Source of the DNA: Craspedostauros australis | Lineage: Eukaryota | NCBI GenBank assembly: GCA_030167865.1 | Contig: JALAGF010003803.1 | Span: 1-64,000, forward strand | DNA length: 64,000 bases | Direction of reading: 5' to 3' | In this document: one piece after another, positions 23,889 through 36,137 of the stretch | Layout of the letters: each line of letters opens with the position of its first letter | Position numbering within the stretch: position 1 is the first letter of the stretch | Made by a program: the position numbers and the translations under genes | The notes under the pieces: model-generated | Database searches by the model: none | What the model saw: only the letters and a program-made list of their open reading frames with translations | Told to the model about the DNA's origin: nothing

Positions 23889-25832
23889 CTATACTATCTT
23901 CGGAGAACCTCCGCGACGAAAGCCGAGCGACCAGCTGCGTCCACCCGACTTGTCCGGTTTCTTGATGGATCCAAAGCCCCCAACCGGCGGCGCGATCTTG
24001 GCCTTGCCGCCGGATTTCGATTGCGGTTGCGGGGTGAGCGGTGCTCTGTGTTGGAATTTGTCGGGGCTCGCAGCGCTGAATTTGGTGCCGACTGTTTGCG
24101 ATCTGTTGCTTCGTTTGGGGGAGACGGGCGACGTGGTCGTTTCGTTGACAATGTCCTCAAGCGATTTCTTGATCGTCTCGAAGCTGGGACGTTGGTCGGG
24201 CGAGTCTGCCCAGCAGCTCTTGATGAGCCACTGGAGATCGATGGGCCAGTTGGCGACGTGAGAATGATCCATCTTGGGCCTTTCTCCGCCAAGGACGACA
24301 TGCTGCATGTGCTTGCGGCCTGAGTATCCTTGGAATGGTTTCTCCAAGGCGCAAAGTTCCCAAAGCAGAATACCGAATGAGTACACGTCGACCTTATTGT
24401 TGTACGTTTCTCCTTTGGCCACTGTGGTTGTGATCAGTTCAATTCAATTTCAATTTCAATACAAGTTGAATTGCGTTTGGTGCAGAGCATAGTTCAGTGA
24501 GTGTATGTAAGATGGTGATAGAGCATTCGTTTCGTTGACAACGTTGTTGTTCGGATGGGTGAGTGAAGGGTTGGGGCATGGATGGGTGAGTGAATGGCCA
24601 AGGAATGTGAATGGCAGACGTTCGGGGCGAAGCGACGATGATACGCAAGAAAAACGGCGTTGTCTTGTCTGTCTGTCTGTCTGCCTGGTTGTGTTTCAAT
24701 TTCGGAGTCGACAAGACATGATAGCAGCAACCAGCACACGGCGTGGCGAAACAAATAAGCGAGGCGATGCCTGAGATTGCGACGTACCTTCTGGCGCCAT
24801 GTAGCGCTTTGATCCTGTGTGGCCCGTCATCTCGTACTTGTCCTCTTCACCTTTGGCCTTCCTGGACTGCTTGAGCTCCGTGCAGAGACCCAGGTCGAAG
24901 AGCTTGAGGATGCCCGCGCTGTCGAAGCCGACGTTGTCGGGCTTGAGGTCGCGGAAGATGAGGTTCATGGAATGAAGGTGGTCCATGGCGTTGGCGATGT
25001 CGATCGCGTAGAGCAACCGCTCCATGAGCTTGAACCTTTGCTTTTCCTTGTAGGAGCTGGACATCCTGCCGAAGATGCCCTTGTGGTCGTTCTCCGCCTC
25101 CTTCCGGAGCTTGTTGATGCGTTCTTCGAGGGTGCCGTTGAGGCGGTCGATAACGATGAAGAAACCGCACTCCTTGGCCTGCGCCACGTTGTTCTCGACG
25201 CTGCCGGCCGTGATGCCCTTGAGACGGATGAAGTTTGGATGATCGATGCTGCCGAGGAAGAATGCCTCGGTGGCGAGGTCCGCTGCTCCATGCTTGAAGG
25301 TCTTGACATCCATCTTGATCTTCCTCTTGAGGTATTTGACTGCGTACTGGTCCTCCGTGCCGTCTCCCTTGATCGTGCAGGTGTGCACCACCGCGAAGCC
25401 TCCTTCGCCCAGCTTGCGGCCGATGGTGACATCGTCCTCGTTGATTGTGTGGAGGTCTGGTTTGCACTGGAAGACGTTGGAGTCCGTGAGAATGGCTTTG
25501 ATCTTGTCATGTGCCGCACGCCCAGCTGCTCGCGCCGTGCAGGGGCAGATGCGACCGTATGCTGCGCATGCCTGCACGCACTTTTCCGCCAGCGCGCAGT
25601 CCTCCGTCTGAGACTTGCTTGACTTCTGCTTCACATCGCATCCGCATTGATTGTCGCAGTCGCAGTTGGCGCTGTTGCAGGTGTGAGCAGGCATGGCTTT
25701 GGAAGTTGGTGTTGGTGCTGGTGTTGACGTCGGCGTTGACGTTGATGTGGAGGTCGATGCCGAGGCTTCTTCGTTGCACGACGCCTGGTCTGGGCAAGTG
25801 TTTGCATAGGTTGCTGTTGTTGTCGCAATCAT
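23889..25832 (-). CDS. TKL-like protein kinase with Cys-rich N-terminus; exons 25832-24788, 24421-23889
   Basis: LGEGGFAVV, YAVK, FRDLKPDN, DLG, YMAPE|V, DVYSFG, RPSF; intron 24787-24422. Confidence 0.9.
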
Positions 25833-27310
25833 GGTCGATTTGTGTGCGGAGTCTTCTGTTGTTGTCTGTTGTTGTCTGTTGTTGTCTGTCGTGATGTGCG
25901 ATGTGTGCTGATGAGTTGCGTCGTGCGTTCGCTTCTGTGGTGTTCTTGTCTTTTGGCGTCTTTAATTTTATGATCTGATGGGGGCGGCGCCGATGATGTC
26001 GGAGAGTGAATGGCACGAGGGCGAATGGCAAGAGAGAGAGAGGTGGGGGAGGTGGGGACAGGGATGGAAGCAGAGAGAGAGACAGAGAGATGAGGGTTGA
26101 TGTTCTTGTGTGCTCGCGCTGCGATGCGCTGAGGTGACATCTTGGTGTTCTTCATCGCATCGCGGCCGCTTTCCCACCAGTTCGTTACCGCCCACAACAC
26201 GGACAAAGCACGAGCACGAGTGTTTGTGGTGTGGCACGACTACCTCCATGGCAAACCTTCGCACAAGCCCCTTGCGTGCGAGTGGTATTGCGATCCACGC
26301 ACGAGCGCAGAGACAGCACACGTTTGATCGCCTCGAGTCGTTGCGTCCCGTTGCGCATTCATCTTCGCGGCTGTGCATGCGCTGCGGTGCTTTGCTCCAA
26401 TCAGCGCACGCGGCGAATCACGCTTCGGGAAACGATTGGGTTGGGGTGTGCCAACAGACTAAATCTGTTCCAAACAGCTTTTGCTCGTTTGCAGGAAAGA
26501 ACATGACAGCGAAACAACACGAAGAACGCCGGAATTAGTCGAGACGGGACAGAATCGTTATCATCGACACTCGCCTCCTCCAATCGAAAAACGCGATCCG
26601 CCTCCATCGTGACCCGAACCATGAAAAAGCGCTCCGGACAATTTCATGTTTGACACATGTGTTCGAAACGAAAACCGGTTGGACCTGTCTGCCTTCTTTG
26701 CCGGAAGCCGGATAAAAGCCTGGAATCGATTGAAGCAAGCACGTTTATGCCCGATTCGCGGACGCGGGGCAATTGAGACTTCAAGGTGATACTCCAAACA
26801 ACTGGTATCGATTCACAAGCACCAATCCCGATTTGTTGGAGGTAGCGGTAGTAATATGATAAATTTTATTATCATACATCCATTTAGTCGTGTTAGTCGA
26901 TGTGGCGATGTGATGACAACCAAGATCGTGACATGTTGCATCCACAACAACACGGCAACACGATGGATGGCGCCAACAACACGCAAGGGGGTCTCGTCAT
27001 TGATGCTGACCTACCTACTCTGGTGCATACATATTATATTACGATACCATACTTGGCTACCATACATACAGATACACACCAAAGCATCGCCACCGCAACT
27101 GAATCGACTTGGCTTGGCTTGGATTGGACTGCAGATGGCGCAACTCATTCGTTGCGTCTGCTGAAGTCAAAGTGAGCTCTGCGTCCTCGTACCTATTGTG
27201 CGAAAAAGAGAATCCTCGGCGCCCCTTCTGTTCGACCCGCCCACACAACCAAAATTGCAAGGATAGGTACCGTACTATCACAGCATTGGCTGTGCTGCAA
27301 GGCCACGGCG

Positions 27311-29160
27311 ATGCATCGGACCAGGATGGCAGCCATCAGATGCATCGCATCATTCGCACTATGCGCATTGCGTCTCGCATGCACGGCCGTTCTCCTCGCT
27401 CTCTCCACCGCACACAATGTCGATGCTTTTTCATTCACGACGAATGGACGACATCATGTGATGCCGCCCCCACTGCCAATCCCAATAACTGGCTACACGT
27501 TGGACCATCGAAGGAGACACCACTCGTTTGTGTTGTTCTCCGAAAAGATCGATTCAATGTCATCCACAGGAATCAATGGTACCGAGACCGCCAACGGACT
27601 TCAAAACCCGCGAGAGACGCAAGATGGTGAGGGAGATGCAGCATTTCTGGAAAGCCTCGATCCCATCATCACAGCGAACAAAACCATGTTGGAAGTCAAG
27701 AGCTTTCTATCCCTCGATGACTACGAAGCCAATCAGATCAACACAGAACGCATCCGCACCCGCATCTGCGAAGGACGCACCTACGCCCGGCCGGATGCCT
27801 TCCGCAAGGAGAACATCCAAGATCCACCCACCCTCGACGATCTGCTGCCCATGCCAGTCAGCAGGTTGCAGAACTTCTACACCACCTCCATCTTTCGGGT
27901 GCTCGTCTTCGTCAGCTCCTTCGTGGCGTTTCCCTACATCGCCCAATTTGCCGATCAGATTGTGGACATATCCCCCAAGCAGCTCAACGACATCGTGTCT
28001 AAATTCGTGCCGGGCGTCACCATCCTGTACGGTACCATGATCTCCTTGACGCTGTCCCTGCTCTACGCGCGCCAGCGCGATATTCAGAACATCGTTGCCA
28101 AGGAAAGCTCCTTGCTGTCCATCGTCTTTCGGAACCTGATATCCTTGTTCAAATACGATCGGGATCTGCTCGTCGAGGCCGGCAAATGTGTCTCGGATCA
28201 GGTTCGCACCATGGTGCGCACCAGCCGCGGCAAGGAACTCATGGCCATCATCTACGCCGATCCGTACGCGCGCATCGTGGATCTCATCGATCAAGAAGAA
28301 GAACGCATCGCGGCGAGGTCGGGCAACTTCATGAGGCGCGGTGTGAGTGCTACTCGACTTGGATGGATTGTGTCGCATGGATACACTGTGCTGTGCTGTA
28401 CTGTTGGTGCTTGAAGTTGATCTATAACGTTGGACTCATTGTATCACATGGATCATGCTCTCCATCTCCCAGCATTCAAATCATTTCTCATCGAATCAAC
28501 TCAAATCCAACACAAAATGGGGTCCACATCATTCTGGCACCCCGTTCCATTGCGCCACCTTCCTTCTCTCCTTCCTTCCTCCCTCTTCACATACCACATG
28601 CACCACATACTCGTACTTACTTTCCCGTTTCTGAACAGCCACTTCTGACGAACTGCAGAGACTTGATCAACCAGCTGACATCCATCCGCGCCGAACGTCT
28701 GAGCCAGGAATCCAATTCCCTATCACCCACCCACTTCCAGCTCCTCAACGTCCTCACGATCCTCATCCTCATCGGTTACATATTATCCGTCCTCCCCACG
28801 CTGGATGAACTCGGCCGGCCCAGCAACGCCTGCTCTATGCTCTTCGGCGTCCTCTGTTGCTTGTATGTCGTCTTTTCGCTCTTCGCTGACGACCTCAACG
28901 AACCATTCTTCGGTGTATATCAACTCCGACGGTCAGCATCCGCCTCGCACTTTCTCACCATCAAATGGATCATCGCCAATCATCCGTGGTTGCGCGACAC
29001 GATCGACTTCGAAGACTGCATGGCAGGTGACACCGGCGATTGGATCAAGGTGGATTCCCCAAGCATTGGAGAAATATTCTTCGAAACCAGCCAGCCCTAT
29101 TCAGACTTTCGCAGTTTCAGCACGGATGAAGACACCATCAACATAAAGCAGGATTCGTAG
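27311..29160 (+). CDS. Plastid-targeted DUF4239/bestrophin-like membrane protein; exons 27311-28342, 28639-29160
   Basis: Presequence ...AHNVDA-FSF; TM segments; ILYGTMISLTLSLLYARQRDIQ and DLNEPFFGVYQL are typical of DUF4239; start may be the Met at 27326. Confidence 0.7.
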
Positions 29161-30026
29161 CAACGGCGATGGCGTCTCTCGTTGTGCGGCGAATATCATT
29201 GAAGGAAAGAGAAGGGGAGGGGCGAAGTCGTCCAACAACATTAGGAACTATTATTGTAGCGTAGACAGCGGAAATGAAGCCAAAGGAGTCAAGTGGAGCC
29301 GCAGCAAGGAATGGCTGTGACCACAAGAACAAGAACAACAAAACAAACACACGGCAGTGGTCGTGAGAACAACAGCAGTAGGAACAAACACAAGTAGGAG
29401 CACTAGGCTCATAATCCCAAAAGTAGCACAGAACACATCATCGATACACACCACGTTCCAATAACTATTATATATTAGATCATCACAATCCTTCGACGTA
29501 CGAGCAAGCAGAACACAAGTTGTTTGCATTTCCCTCTCTCTGTCTCTCTGTAGAGAGAGAGAGAGACAGCCTAGGGTCAATGTGGAACATGGTGGGATAC
29601 GTTGCTTGTAGACGTCATGTCCGAGGCTTCGTTGATGTGCCTCTACGTTCGTCTATGACATAACGCGAAAGGTATCTTCTCGACATCAGGCATCCCGTCT
29701 GTCTTGCTTCCGTGGCCCGCCAAAAACCAACCAAACCAGAACAAACGCCACAAAACTGAAAGGAAGACCAAAAACAGAAACGCAAACCACAAACATCCAA
29801 TCGCCATCACCGCTGTTGTTGTTACTGGCATCATCACTTTCACATCAATCTTTCAGCTCGACCTTGGCTCCAAGTGTTTGTATGAAACTCCACTTACAAT
29901 CTACACTTACAATCGGTTTGGATTCTGCTCCATTGCATCGCAAGCAACATCGTGGCAAGATTCTTAATCCTTGCTGACCAAACAGATTTGCGAACAGAAA
30001 TTGCACAAGCTTCCAGTTAATCGACC

Positions 30027-32154
30027 ATGATCTCCAGCCTCGTTTGGGTCCCCGCCGGCGTCGCCGATCCCAAGCCCAAGAAATATGAGCTCAGTACAAC
30101 CGAACAAGAGCTGGTGCAGATGCTGGAACAGCAGGGGATATCTGATCCTTCCTTGCTGCCAACAGCGACAGCAGACGCCAAGCAAAAGACCAAGGCAAAG
30201 AAGAAGAAGGAACCATCCATCCCCAACACCTTGCCCGCCGATCTGCGCATGGATGAATACTCCAGCGACGAAGACGATGCTGCTGCTGGATCCGCCCTCG
30301 GAAACATGCTGATGGGACCCGCATCCATGGAGGAAGAGGAAATTGGAAGAGAACGAGAAGTTCTGCCCAAGTCCAAGAGACCAGTGAAGGGCGACGACAG
30401 CGATGATGATGACGACGATGATGATTTGGCGGATGTTCTCGATATGCGTGAATACACACCCATCGATGTGGAAGGCCTGCAGGCGATGGGAATGTCGCAT
30501 GTGGGATCCAACACTCCAGTGTACATGGGAGATGACGATGTCGATGATGAGAGCGATATCAATGACGTCAATTTGTCGCCGGATGATGCCCTCATTGTGA
30601 TCGCCAAGACCGAAGAGGTTAGTGAATTGTGAATTGTGTGATGCGTGATGCATGATGCGGAATGGTTTGAGATGATGCGAAATGAAATAAAGTGAAGTGA
30701 ACATGTGCAAACGTGTGGGAACGTGTGCGATGCAGCGTCAAGAATTCAACGGAGCGTGGCCATCGCAACAACGGCAACAACCCGACAGCAACAGTGGCTC
30801 AAGATGGAGACGACGTCATTTCAATGAGTACTACGAGTACGTGGGCTCACATACCATACGAATACCTATCGGCCCTCCCCTTTCCTGGCGTCTACCTCTT
30901 CCAACAACAACTGTAACCACTGTTGATCGAACGTAGGATTTTGCCTCATTGGAAGTCCACGTGTACGAACCCAAATCTGGCAACATGTTCGTGCATCATG
31001 ACATCCCTCTACCTGCCTTCCCTCTGTGCCTCGCACATGGTGATGTCAGTCCTGGCGGCGCGGCGGGTAATTTTTGCGCAGTGGGAACCTTCTCGCCGGG
31101 TATCGAGGTTTGGAATTTGGACGTCTTGAACGCGTTGGAACCATCCTGTATTTTGGGCGGCGAGGACACCTCCATGGCCGATGACCTCATGAAGTACAAT
31201 ATGATGAACGGACCGCAAAAGGGAGTGGATCATGCCTACACCTCCAGCAGCAGTGGCGGATTGCGAGAAGGAAGCCACACGGACGCCATCATGGCGCTGT
31301 CATGGAACACCGTGCACCGGCAAGTGATCGCAAGCGGATCCGCCGATTGCACCGTCAAGCTGTGGGATGTGACGAAGGGAGCCATCGCTGGCACCTTCAA
31401 CCACCACAAGGACAAGGTCCAGTCGGTGGCGTGGCATCCGCAGGAAGGCACCTTGCTTGCCACGGGAGGCTACGATCGGACCGTGGCCTTGATCGATGCG
31501 CGCGCCTCCAGCGATGCCGTCCGCAAGGTCAAGATACCCGGCGATTGCGAATCCATCGCGTGGGATCCGCACAAGTCGCAATATCTGACGGTGGCGAGCG
31601 AAGACGGGACGATAAATTGTTGGGACGTGCGCAAATTCGTCACCAACACACCGGCGTGGTCCTTCGTGGCCAACGAATTCGGTGGCGTCAGCGATATCTC
31701 CTACAACCCCATGGTCCCCGGCATGATGGTCTCCTGCTCGACGAACAAGATGATCAACATTTACGATGCCAATACCGAAGGCGTCGCACCCACGTTGTGC
31801 GGGAGCAAGGATATGAAGGTCGGCAAGCTGTACACGGTGGCCTTTTACCAATCCAGCCCGTGGCTCTTGGCCTGTGGTGGCGGAGGCAACGAACTGGCAT
31901 TGTGGGACATGACGCGCGAAGCCTCCATCCAGAACAAGTTTGGATCCAGGGCGATTGGCGCTGCTGAGTCGATACAAACTGCCTCGGAGTCGACTGCTGA
32001 CTTTGAAGCCATGATGACATCACCATCGGACAAGGCAGGTGAGGAGGCCGCAAAGCCATCCGAAACGCGAGAGCCCAAGAAGAATGGATCCAAGAACAAG
32101 AAGAAAAAGAAGGGTGGTGGCAACAAGAAGAAGAAGGCACATAAAGTAAGATAA
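30027..32154 (+). CDS. PWP1: Periodic tryptophan protein 1 (WD40); exons 30027-30617, 30937-32154
   Basis: MISSLVWVPAGVA, LEVHVYE, HHDIPLPAFPLCL, IEVWNLDV, WD40 repeats, Lys-rich tail. Confidence 0.93.
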
Positions 32155-32499
32155 TAGAGACACAGTAAGAGCAGTTAGATGATGTGGAAAGTGGCCAATG
32201 ATTGCACCTGTGTGCTGGTCGGGAGCACCCCAGGATGGACCCGTTGGAATTTGGCGCGAAGAAGCGTTGCCGGTGCTCTCGACGCAGTGACGTCAGTGTG
32301 TGTCAGTTTGCGTCAGAGGCACAGAACAAAACGAAACGAGACGCGATCTGGGAGATCTTGAAACATTGGCGCATGACCACTTCACTCGCAACTGCATTCG
32401 TAGTCGTAGATACATACTCATCCTTGTCACAATCGTTGCACTCACAACGTTGCAATCGAGTCAAGTCAAGTCCAGCCAAGGTCCAGCCTGATCAACACC

Positions 32500-33417
32500 A
32501 TGTTGATGAGGGCGATCCGGTCGTCTCTCTTCACCGCCCATGTGCTGGCGGCCAGATCTTTGTCGACCACGGCATTCACGCCTGCCGTAGTTGCCTCCAA
32601 TCGCGTACTTGTCCATCCGCACGGCACGAGTACGGACAGTGGCAGCGACAGCGACAGCTACAGCAACGGCAGTCGAGTCAGCAACGCCTTCATCTCGCAA
32701 CCTTCCCATCGTCACTATTCATCCACTTCCTTGAGCGCTCAATCCCAGGCATCCAGCAGCAGCAGCGATGGGGAAGCCGAACAATCCCGCCACCGACAGG
32801 AGCAACGGGAGCTGATCCAAACCATCCGCAGCACGCCTCTGCTCAATGCCAACGGCGAGCTCTCAACCCTTCAATCTCGTTGGAACAAGGACAAGCCCAC
32901 CGTCGTGGTGTTCTTGCGCCATCTCGGATGAGCCTACTGCTGGTCGTACGCCAACGCATGGTGTGCCGATCAGCAGCAGCAACAGGAGCAAGCCGCGGAT
33001 CAAATCAACGGGCCTTTCTTCATCTCCATTGGCAACGCCGCCAAATTGAATGGTTTCTTGGAGGCCAACCCCAACGTGCCGCGTGATCAGATTTGGGTCG
33101 ACGACTTTGATTTCGAATTGTACAAATCCATGGGATACCGCTCCTTCCTGGAGCGTCCAGACGATGGTCTGAAGCTGAAAGTGCGAGTGCCATTCACCAC
33201 GTTGGGAGAATACGTGAAGTACTTCCGAATCTTCCTCAAGCTGGCGCCCTTCACGGATGATCTGGGCTTTGGCGAGTTGCCACCCGGCGGATTGGTCAAC
33301 GGAGGAACCATCGTGATTCGGGATGATCAGATTGTGTACGAATGGAAGGATGCGCTGCCAGGCGATTATCCGAATGTGCAGGATGTGATGGATGCGGCGC
33401 TGGAGCGTGAGCAGTAG
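32500..33417 (+). CDS. Peroxiredoxin-like (PRXL2/AhpC-TSA_2, SelU-type) selenoprotein; in-frame TGA 32929-32931 read as Sec (UxxC)
   Basis: ORFs 32500-32931 and 33046-33417 share a frame and are separated by one TGA, giving VVVFLRHLG-U-AYCWSYA...FFISIG...LYKSMG...GGTIVI...PGDYP. Confidence 0.88.
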
Positions 33418-33474
33418 CTGCGTTTGCGTGATGCGCTCAGCAGCACTCACCAATTTCAAATTGGATTTGTTCGC

Positions 33475-33582
33475 CCAAGGGCATTTTGGAATGACAGCAT
33501 TTACAGACGACAATCAGCAAACATGCAGCAGTAGTAGGATTGATTGATTGTTCAAGGATGTGCTTGATCGCAAAAGACTTGG
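33475..33582 (+). promoter_or_regulatory. Candidate non-canonical SECIS element for the PRXL2-like gene
   Basis: AUGAC (33491) opposite UGAU (33565), lower stems UUUUG/CAAAA and CCAAG/CUUGG, upper stems AGCA/UGCU and GACAAUCAG/UUGAUUGUU; folded by eye; no canonical AA spacing. Confidence 0.4.
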
Positions 33583-33776
33583 CACACAAGGCTATGAAAT
33601 TGGCGAAACGCAACATCAACCAAAGCTGCAGAGGCACTTCATGCGCCAATGCGATTGCATCTCTAACTATTGCTTACACACTTGTAGTAAAGTCGATTAG
33701 AGTAGAGCACTATAATTCGCCAGCTACCTAACTGCCCACACCCGTAGCATTCTACACACTCTCCAGTCCTTTGCGC

Positions 33777-35369
33777 TTACGATTGCTTGACCGCGTCGTC
33801 GCTCGTCGGTGATGATGTATTGGCACCACCCTCCTTCGTCTCCCCGAATTCCGTCTCCGACACACGATAGTACCAATTTGGCATATGCGAAGTCTGCAGC
33901 CGATAATCGTAGAATACTTCCTCGTTGCACAGATCCCGCGACGCCACCAAGCACATGCCGTGCATGTCGATGGCCTCCTTCTCCCACAGGCTCCCAATCA
34001 TGGTGAGGGTGGGCGGGCGGGCGTAGGTGTTGGGGATGTACTGTTCGGTGTCTTTCAAATTCATTTCCTTGGTGAAGTTGAGCATGGCGGATTTGGCATT
34101 GGGCGGGTTGGTGGGGCTGGGATGGTTGATGACATGCCCCAAGGCGAAGGCGTTGGAGTTGTCCTGGACGAGGACGGTGTAGGGCGAGTTGCGCGAATCG
34201 ATGAGATGATCGTCGCCACGCAGGGACATTTGGTAGTTGTCATTCTTTTCCAATGTCTTCTCGACTTCGAGGGGTATGTTGACGAGGTGTTCCTTGACCC
34301 AAACCTCGCCGGGTTGGAAGGCGAGGATGCTGCCAGCCTCGGCAAAGCCATCGACGTATACGCCGCGTCCAGCAGTAGGGATGGAGGATTGCAGGGCGAC
34401 GACACAGTACCCCAGTTCCTGCTTCAAGCGCGCAGCACGACACATATTGACCGTCTGGTAGTGCCGGATGATGTCATCCATCTCGGCATCGTTGCGGGAA
34501 TGGTATCCAAAGCTGTCCGCCTCAGGCATTGGCAATAAATCGGTTGCATTAGGATTGGCATTGGCATTGGCATTGGCATCAGCAGTATTGGCAGCTTCGT
34601 TGCCATTTCCCGATGGTACTGTTGCAGCATCGTTGTCGTCGGATCGATTTGCTCGTTTGGCACGATGGTTCAAGAGCAGTTGGATAGCATCATGCTTGCG
34701 CCGCAAAAACTCCATCGGCGAGGCACCCTTGGGAGCGCCCATGGGATCATCCAGCTCGGCCCTCGTGAGCACCATCTCCTGTTCCAGCATGTGCTGAAAC
34801 GAGGCATGATCCTGATCCAGATCGGACGGCAGCTCGGCATCCACCGTGCGGAAGGTGTGAAAGATTTCTTCAACCTGCGGTTGCAGCAGCTTCTGCATCT
34901 CGCGACGTAACTGGAACGTGGTCAGCTCGTCAATGTTCCTGTCCTCCAGCCGCTGCATGGCCACGTCGACAAGCTGGTCCCTCGTCGCGTCTTCGTGCTC
35001 CTCTTCGCCGGTGAGAGAACGGTACTCCAATGCCAGGATGGTGATGATGAGGTCCTTGCGCTCCTGAATGCGGCGGGGGCTGTTTTCGGCATCGCGCTTG
35101 GAGGTGTTGCGCGAGCTGCCCTGGAAGGCTCGGAATGGATTCCAGGACAGCGACAGAGCGGATGATGCGGAGTAGCAGCGACGTGGATGCTGATGGATAT
35201 CACAGCGCTCATGCTCATAGCCGTGGTTGTCGAAGGCTGGCGGTTGCTGAGGGAGGTGCCTCGGAAGTCGCCTGGTTGATTGACGCAGCGACCGTGGTGC
35301 AGAGGGGGCTGCTGCTCTCCTGACCAGCCCGCCCACACCGGCACTCCTCCGGATGCTCGTATTCATCAT
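33777..35369 (-). CDS. SET-domain protein, SETD9-like, with mitochondrial-type presequence
   Basis: SSIPTAGRGVYVDG, NAFALGHVINHP, LVASRDLCNEEVFYDYR; Arg/Ser-rich N-terminus. Confidence 0.75.
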   Translation of the reverse strand: MMNTSIRRSAGVGGLVRRAAAPSAPRSLRQSTRRLPRHLPQQPPAFDNHGYEHERCDIHQHPRRCYSASSALSLSWNPFRAFQGSSRNTSKRDAENSPRRIQERKDLIITILALEYRSLTGEEEHEDATRDQLVDVAMQRLEDRNIDELTTFQLRREMQKLLQPQVEEIFHTFRTVDAELPSDLDQDHASFQHMLEQEMVLTRAELDDPMGAPKGASPMEFLRRKHDAIQLLLNHRAKRANRSDDNDAATVPSGNGNEAANTADANANANANPNATDLLPMPEADSFGYHSRNDAEMDDIIRHYQTVNMCRAARLKQELGYCVVALQSSIPTAGRGVYVDGFAEAGSILAFQPGEVWVKEHLVNIPLEVEKTLEKNDNYQMSLRGDDHLIDSRNSPYTVLVQDNSNAFALGHVINHPSPTNPPNAKSAMLNFTKEMNLKDTEQYIPNTYARPPTLTMIGSLWEKEAIDMHGMCLVASRDLCNEEVFYDYRLQTSHMPNWYYRVSETEFGETKEGGANTSSPTSDDAVKQS

Positions 35370-36137
35370 GCTCCTCGCCTCTTCGCTGTCGCTGTTGTCG
35401 TTCTGGTTCGACCGGCGGTCCCCCTATGGTGCTACCAGTATGTTGGCGAATGATGTGCTCTTGCTCTTCAGTTTGAACTCTACTATTCTATAATATAATA
35501 TTATAATAGAATAGTATTCTATGATACGTACTCGTGTGGCCCTCCGATTGGGATTGCGGCACCAACAAGAATAGCAACAACAGCGATGACCATGATGATG
35601 TGTGGCTGTTGGTGGGTATCGCAGAGAGCTTCAAAGGATCTGGAGATCCGCTTTGCTTGTGTTGGTGGTTGATGAAGTAAAAGCACACACGCCAAATCGT
35701 GAAGATACCAACACTTTTTCATCCTTCGCCGACCATCCGACACCTCACAATGATGACCGTCGAAATGCTCCGAACATGGTGGCGCACACAAAGAGGCGAA
35801 AAATGCATTACAACACATGCGCGGATACGAGTGGCAAGCAACTCCAGACTGCATCCGCAGACCAGAGAGTGGAGCAGGCAGTGCATCCATGCCTTGGGCA
35901 TTCTGCACTGGGAAGGAATACTTGTGGAGTAGAGAAGGAGACGCCGGGAAGCAAAGCAGCCAAGAGCAAGTCGGATCAGCGTGGAGAAACACGGCGAGAA
36001 CGAACGCTGACAGCACGATCGTGCATCCAACCTCAGAGTCATCGATCAGAGCAGAGTAAAGCAGCGTAGAGTAGAGCACTCTGAAGTACGAGTACCACGC
36101 TCCCACGCAAGCAGCGACCTTCGCTGCACAAGATCAC

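Noticed and set aside
32929-32931. Pseudogene (nonsense mutation) reading of the in-frame TGA
   Set aside because: The stop falls exactly on the redox Cys position and the downstream frame is intact, which favours selenocysteine
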